From the NCBI GenBank assembly GCA_963819815.1, contig CAWFXL010000001.1:1504001-1568000 (forward strand): a DNA stretch of 64,000 nt. The letters run 5' to 3'. The stretch is from an uncultured bacterium. Its GTDB lineage: Bacteria > Babelota > Babeliae > Babelales > Babelaceae. The notes beneath the pieces are model-generated. The model made no database searches. It saw only the letters and a list, made by a program, of their open reading frames with translations, and was not told the origin of the DNA. Shown piece by piece: positions 58,778 to 64,000 of this stretch. Each line of letters begins with the position of its first letter. Within the stretch, counting starts at the first letter, position 1. Position numbers and translations under genes: made by a program.

Positions 58778-61258
58778 ATGAACTCACAATCATTATCATT
58801 TACGAATAAACCTACGCAACAGCTTGAGAAAGAGTTAGCAACCTCCTCGGTACAAGGACTCTCACAGAAGCAGGTTGACGCACTTAAAAAAACAGTTGGG
58901 CTCAATGTTCTTGCAACGAGACAACTTAAGTGGCCTACGTTATTGCTCCGCCAATTTACTTCAATGTTTATTCTGCTGCTCATAGCATCGGCCATAGCCC
59001 TATTTTTCCTTGAAAGCAAAATTAACGCCCTGATTATCCTTGGCATCGTACTCGTAAATGGGCTCCTCACCTTTTTTCAAGAGTATAGGGCTTCGCGAGC
59101 ACTTGAGCTGCTTAAACAACATTTACAACTTATTTGCCCTACTATTCGTGATGGAGAGGTGCATCTTATCCCTCATGATGCCTTATTACCGGGCGATCTT
59201 GTTATCCTTGAGCAGGGTAACTACGTACCTGCAGATGTGAGGATTATCTCTGGAAAGCTGCGCATTGATGAATCCTTACTTACCGGTGAGTCTACTCATA
59301 GTGAAAAAACGAGTGAGGTACTTCCAGCCGTTGCAAAAGATATTTACGAAGCGCGCAATATCGCCTTTTTCGGTACGATTATTGCCCAAGGCACTGCTCG
59401 CGGTATCGTGATTGAAACAGGTCCCCAGACTATATTTGGCGAGGTTAGCAGAGAAACCCTTGAGAATTTCCAGCAAAGCGGCTTTCAAGAGCGGCTCAAT
59501 TCGTTGAGTCGATTTCTCTTAATTGTTGTGGGCTTAACACTTCCGTGCGTAATCTTTTCTCATCTCCTGGTAAAAGGGTGGGATACCGATCTTCTTGAGT
59601 TATTTATCTTCGCTATCGCCTTGGTTATTGGATTGACTCCTGAAATGTTACCGACGGTAACTACCTTTGCTCTTTCAAAAGGAGCAGTATTATTGGCTCA
59701 GCATAATGTCATTGTAAAAAGACTCTCAGCTATTGAAGATATAGGAAGCATTACGATGCTTCTTACCGATAAAACGGGTACCCTGACAGAAAATAAACTT
59801 GCCGTTGCCTCATGGTATGAACAGCCTGGAGTACCCTTACGCCAATTTGCCCAGCTGATCTCTCGCCATCCTTTAACTGATGCCTTTGACCATGCGACCT
59901 TGTTGGCACTTGCATCTGCCGAGAAAGATACAGGACAGTACAAGGTGCTCGATGAGCAACCTTTTGATCCTGAAAAAAGAACGAGTGCGCTGCTCGTTGA
60001 ACAAAAGGGCGTTACTACGCTTATCGTGAGGGGCACGGTTGAAGAGACCTGTCCTCAGGACATTACTCCTGAAGCACAATCTTGGATAGCAACCCAAACG
60101 TCTCAAGGTAACCGAATACTTGCCTTTGGCTATAGAGAGCAGGCAAAAGTACTTGCTGACAGGCCGCTCAAATTAGCCGGCTTTATTGCCTATACAGATC
60201 CCATAAAAACGACTGCAGCCCCAGCACTTATGAAAGCCCGTAAATTAGGCATAGGCATTAAGGTGGTTACGGGAGATAGCAAAGAAGTAGGTGGTTATGT
60301 TGCGAAGATGATCGGTCTTTCAGATACGTTAGATTGTGCCATCTCAGGAGCTGAATTTGAGGAGCTTTCTGATGAGCAGAAAAAAGAGGCCTTGGGGCGC
60401 TATGTGGTGTTTGCGCGCTTTTTACCAGCACAAAAGTATGAACTTGTGGAACTCTTTCGTAAACAATATACCGTGGGGTTTTTAGGGGATGGTATCAATG
60501 ATGCACCTGCACTCAAGGCTGCTCATGTGGGTATTGTCGTACAAACAGGAAGTGATCTTGCAAAAGATGCTGCTGATATTATTATGTTACGAAAGAGCCT
60601 CTTTGATGTGGTGTATGGTATTGGGATTGGACGTAATATCTTTGCTAATACCATAAAATATATTACCACTTCGATCTCTTCCAACTTTGGAAACTTTTAT
60701 TCACTTGCCATAGCTTCGCTCTTTTTAGATTTCTTACCACTTCTTCCACGACAAATTCTTTTGGTGAACATGCTCTCAGACTTTCCTATGGTGGCTATTG
60801 CGAGTGATACGGTAGATTTTGAGGAATTAAACCATCCGCCACGATTTGTCATGAAAGATATTGCCTTAAGCTCTATCATATTTGGCCTGACCGGCTCACT
60901 CTTTGATTTTATATTCTTTTCTTTCTTTTATACCTTTCCAGCTGCCCGTCTGCAAACTGCTTGGTTCATTGAGAGTATCCTCACGGAAATTGTCATTATC
61001 TACTCGTTACGTACACGGCTTCCTTTTTATAAAGCGCGACGTCCTTCAGGTGTTCTCATATCACTGAGCCTCTTAGTTGTGTTCATTACAATAGCCTTAC
61101 CGATGCTTCCCATCGGCAGGTTTTTCCATTTTGCCCAACCTCCGCTACGGGATATTCTCGTGATTGGGGGGGTAGTACTCGGTTATTTCCTTGCAAATGA
61201 TGCGATAAAATTAGCTTACTATAGGACCATCCAGGCAGTCTATCCATCCAAGAGCTGA
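58778..61258 (+). CDS. mgtA: P-type ATPase, MgtA-like Mg2+ importer
   Basis: LTGES, GLTPEMLP (P3B-type), DKTGTLT, TGD, GDGINDAPAL and SSNFGN motifs. Confidence 0.82.
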   Translation: MNSQSLSFTNKPTQQLEKELATSSVQGLSQKQVDALKKTVGLNVLATRQLKWPTLLLRQFTSMFILLLIASAIALFFLESKINALIILGIVLVNGLLTFFQEYRASRALELLKQHLQLICPTIRDGEVHLIPHDALLPGDLVILEQGNYVPADVRIISGKLRIDESLLTGESTHSEKTSEVLPAVAKDIYEARNIAFFGTIIAQGTARGIVIETGPQTIFGEVSRETLENFQQSGFQERLNSLSRFLLIVVGLTLPCVIFSHLLVKGWDTDLLELFIFAIALVIGLTPEMLPTVTTFALSKGAVLLAQHNVIVKRLSAIEDIGSITMLLTDKTGTLTENKLAVASWYEQPGVPLRQFAQLISRHPLTDAFDHATLLALASAEKDTGQYKVLDEQPFDPEKRTSALLVEQKGVTTLIVRGTVEETCPQDITPEAQSWIATQTSQGNRILAFGYREQAKVLADRPLKLAGFIAYTDPIKTTAAPALMKARKLGIGIKVVTGDSKEVGGYVAKMIGLSDTLDCAISGAEFEELSDEQKKEALGRYVVFARFLPAQKYELVELFRKQYTVGFLGDGINDAPALKAAHVGIVVQTGSDLAKDAADIIMLRKSLFDVVYGIGIGRNIFANTIKYITTSISSNFGNFYSLAIASLFLDFLPLLPRQILLVNMLSDFPMVAIASDTVDFEELNHPPRFVMKDIALSSIIFGLTGSLFDFIFFSFFYTFPAARLQTAWFIESILTEIVIIYSLRTRLPFYKARRPSGVLISLSLLVVFITIALPMLPIGRFFHFAQPPLRDILVIGGVVLGYFLANDAIKLAYYRTIQAVYPSKS

Positions 61259-61284
61259 GAAGAGTCTATTGGTACGGTTTATTT

Positions 61285-62727
61285 CTAAATTCTTTTAAAG
61301 AGGTCTTTTAACGTAACAACACCCGTGATCATTTTTTCGCTATAGATATTCTTCTTAACACCGCTAGCGCTAACCATAGCAAGAAATAGTTGTTTTTTAG
61401 AACCGGTTTGCTGCTGAAAGATTTTGAGTACGTTTTCGAGCTTCTCAGCATAACGCTTATCGATAATAAATGGCTCTTCGGTATATTTTATCTCGCACAG
61501 AGTAAGAGCATTGTCAGTTCTATCAATAATTAAATCGACCTGAGCACCATGCTCATTAACATTTGTTGGTACATAGCGCCACCAACCATAATACAGGGCC
61601 GGTTCGATATCGAGTACATCAAGTATAGTATCGATATGCTTCATACAAACTGCTTCGAAGGCATATCCTGACCAGGCGTAATAAGCTGGCTTTTGACTTT
61701 GCTTAAGCCAGTGCTGTGGCACAGCCTTTCTTCGACCATCTTGCGCGACCCATCTAAGATAAAATAAAGAAAATTCATCAATTACCCGATAGAATTCTCC
61801 CTGTTTTTTCTCCCACGAGAGGGCAGGTTCAATAAATCCTGCAGCACTTAAATCACGCAATCTTTGAGTAAGTCTCCCCCCGCCTCCTTCAGGAGTTTTC
61901 GTTTTCTTAGCCAAATCAGCTCTTTCAACGCCATCTTTTTTTTCAGCCAAAATTTTTATTATTTCCTTGTAGGGTTCAGCATCGTTAAATAATGATTCAA
62001 AGAGTTTATCAAACTCTCCTAGCAAGGGAGAGATGGGGTCAAAGAAAAGTTTCTGAATTGTTTGGTGTGCGCTTTTCCCCCGATCTACATAATTGAGATA
62101 ATAAGGAACCCCTCCAACAGCCATATAGAGCGATAACACCTGACTTTCGTTTAACGGCACTCCCTTATTTTCAAGAAACTCTTTGGTTTCAGATAAGCTA
62201 AATGGGTTAAGCTTAATCTCTACGGTCGTTCGATTGTGGAGACCTCCTGTGTTAAACAAAATTTTTTGTATGATCCAGGATGCGGAAGAGCCGCATACAA
62301 TTAATATAACATTGTGCATCTTGGACCAATAATGGTTCCAGTAATAATCTATTTCTTGTATCAGCCGGGATCTTTTTGCTGCTAACCAGGGAAGCTCATC
62401 CAAAAAAATGACAACTTTCCCCTCATTCTTAAGAATTTGTTCGTGTAGAAACCGAAATGCCAGAAACCAGTTAGCTGCAGGGATTAATGGAGCTCGCTCA
62501 AAAAAAGTATCCGATAATGCCTGGTAAAAGCCCTCAAGTTGCCGTTGCATATTTCCATGCTGAAGACCCGTCACCTCAAAGAAACGACACTCCTTTTGGC
62601 TAAAGAATTGACGGATAAGAAATGTCTTTCCTATGCGCCGACGCCCGTACATCGTAATAAATTGCGCCTTATCCGATTCAAAAGCCTTTTCAAGAAGCTT
62701 CCGCTCTTTTTTTCTGCCAACAATCAT
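61285..62727 (-). CDS. AAA+ ATPase with wHTH and PD-(D/E)XK domain, paralog of 1841-3289
   Basis: GRRRIGKT, FLDELPW, CGSSASW, GGVPYYL and QVDLI...LCEIKY motifs; colinear with 1841-3289. Confidence 0.87.
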   Translation of the reverse strand: MIVGRKKERKLLEKAFESDKAQFITMYGRRRIGKTFLIRQFFSQKECRFFEVTGLQHGNMQRQLEGFYQALSDTFFERAPLIPAANWFLAFRFLHEQILKNEGKVVIFLDELPWLAAKRSRLIQEIDYYWNHYWSKMHNVILIVCGSSASWIIQKILFNTGGLHNRTTVEIKLNPFSLSETKEFLENKGVPLNESQVLSLYMAVGGVPYYLNYVDRGKSAHQTIQKLFFDPISPLLGEFDKLFESLFNDAEPYKEIIKILAEKKDGVERADLAKKTKTPEGGGGRLTQRLRDLSAAGFIEPALSWEKKQGEFYRVIDEFSLFYLRWVAQDGRRKAVPQHWLKQSQKPAYYAWSGYAFEAVCMKHIDTILDVLDIEPALYYGWWRYVPTNVNEHGAQVDLIIDRTDNALTLCEIKYTEEPFIIDKRYAEKLENVLKIFQQQTGSKKQLFLAMVSASGVKKNIYSEKMITGVVTLKDLFKRI

Positions 62728-62757
62728 TGCACACTCCTCAACATGCTCAGTGGTTGA

Positions 62758-62786
62758 AGGATAAAGAAATCTCAAGGTGTAGTCAA
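62758..62786 (-). promoter_or_regulatory. sigma70-type promoter of the second AAA ATPase
   Basis: Minus strand TTGACT (62786-62781), 17 bp spacer, TATCCT (62763-62758). Confidence 0.6.
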
Positions 62787-62790
62787 GGGA

Positions 62791-62953
62791 AAACTAGGAC
62801 AAATATAAAAAATTATAATTGTCCTAGTTTAAAAAATCGTGAGAAAATAGGGACTTAGATTCTTTATAAATGGCTTACTAGTAAGGGTTTTTAAAGATAT
62901 GCGATCCGCTCCTCTTTGGGGACAAATATAAAAAATTATAATTGTCCTAGTTT
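62791..62953. repeat. Two 17-6-17 palindromes AAACTAGGACAAATATA-AAAAAT-TATAATTGTCCTAGTTT; putative operators
   Basis: Copies at 62791-62830 and 62914-62953, with 34 identical bp; the first abuts the -35 box. Confidence 0.88.
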
Positions 62954-63297
62954 CGAATCGCGTGCTTGTGATTTTTAAATATGCGATCCAAAGTACACAT
63001 CAGATTTTTCATAGGTGTTATAGGCCCATCTGAAGGGATTTTTAACATAAGGCTTCGAAGGAGGCTGCAACTCTTTTGGATTGCGGAGGAAGATTAGAAT
63101 AAGGGATACTTTACGACGATAATTACGCTCATACTGGAGAAGAAAGACGGTGCTCGCAGGTTTTTTTTATGTGTGTAGTGGGTTTATGGTTGGTAATGAA
63201 TACCAGCTATAGAGAATGATTTTGCGCGCCAGGAGTAAATCGCGAATGTGGTTCTTTTTTTTAGTGTCTGTGTTATGATACTAGCCATAGAAGCATC

Positions 63298-63930
63298 GTG
63301 CCAATTGGTAATGGGTACAGCTGTAGTAACAAATACAAACGACATAAACTCTGCAAGGCCTTAAGGTTAAACTTGAAGTTAGTCCCAAAATCTTTTTACT
63401 TTGTGCGTCATGGCCAAACGGATTGGAACAGAGAGAATCGTTTACAAGGCCAGATAGATATTCCACTGAACGATACGGGCAGAGCGCAAGCTGAAACATT
63501 GCAGCCTTTAGTGACCAAGCTAGATATTACGCATGTGTTTTATAGTCCACTTTTACGTGCACAAGAAACTATGCATATTGCTTGTAAAGATTTGAGCGTT
63601 CCAAAGGTTGCATTAGAAGAGCTTAAGGAGCGCCATTTTGGGCAATGGGAGGGGACTGTTTGGGATCAGGACAAAAAAAATATACTGTTTCATCTTGCTG
63701 TTCCTGAAAATGGTGAGACATACCCAATCTTTCATGAGCGCGTGATTGGCGGTGTCAATACTGTACTTGGGAATATTGAAGGTCAAGTGTTGTTTATAGG
63801 GCATGGTGGTAGCTTTCGAGCGTTCTGTAGAGCGATTGAGACAACCTACGACTCAGCTCACAATTGCGGACTCTTCTATTTTATAGCACCTGGTGAGAAT
63901 GATGACCAATGGCGCATCATTGAATTGTAA
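63298..63930 (+). CDS. Histidine phosphatase family protein (start uncertain, possibly about 63373)
   Basis: VRHGQTDWN, SPLLRAQET, LKERHFGQWEG and GHGG motifs. Confidence 0.88.
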   Translation: MPIGNGYSCSNKYKRHKLCKALRLNLKLVPKSFYFVRHGQTDWNRENRLQGQIDIPLNDTGRAQAETLQPLVTKLDITHVFYSPLLRAQETMHIACKDLSVPKVALEELKERHFGQWEGTVWDQDKKNILFHLAVPENGETYPIFHERVIGGVNTVLGNIEGQVLFIGHGGSFRAFCRAIETTYDSAHNCGLFYFIAPGENDDQWRIIEL

Positions 63931-64000
63931 TTATTGGCTTCTACAGTAAACAGAAGCAGAAGCTCGTATTACTGTAGGACTGAACACCCGTACAAAAGCA

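Overview
A 64-kb bacterial chromosome segment of moderate GC. It probably comes from a host-dependent bacterium such as Candidatus Dependentiae/Babelota (TM6). That placement is an inference from the many lineage-specific signal-peptide proteins, the ATP-dependent DNA ligase and the multiple AAA-ATPase/PD-(D/E)XK genes. The backbone is housekeeping: serS, argS, dnaE, secD, hup, hemW, tatD, ruvB, yebC, yicC, rodA, uvrA, mutS, a PIN-PhoH protein, an MgtA-like ATPase and five tRNAs. Four accessory features stand out. (1) Seven tandem secreted paralogs plus an eighth remnant (47.7-54.8 kb), each with its own promoter and terminator. They are mosaic in sequence and lie between two SpoIID/LytB genes next to an amidase. 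Their C-terminal motif (S/A)N(A/D)L-K-A-Y(I/V)FNKYC recurs at the end of an unrelated solute-binding-protein homolog at 186-1301, which suggests a portable envelope-sorting or anchoring tag. (2) Two paralogous AAA-wHTH-PD-(D/E)XK genes, each preceded by repeated 17-6-17 bp palindromes of identical geometry but paralog-specific core sequence. Two DUF4143-type ATPase loci have about 33-bp-phased upstream repeats. (3) Two orphan PstS-like proteins with Cys-rich tails. (4) A secreted vanadium haloperoxidase. secD carries a cluster of indels that are probably sequence errors. No CRISPR array, rRNA, transposase or integrase was seen. All calls come from reading motifs by eye; no searches were run.
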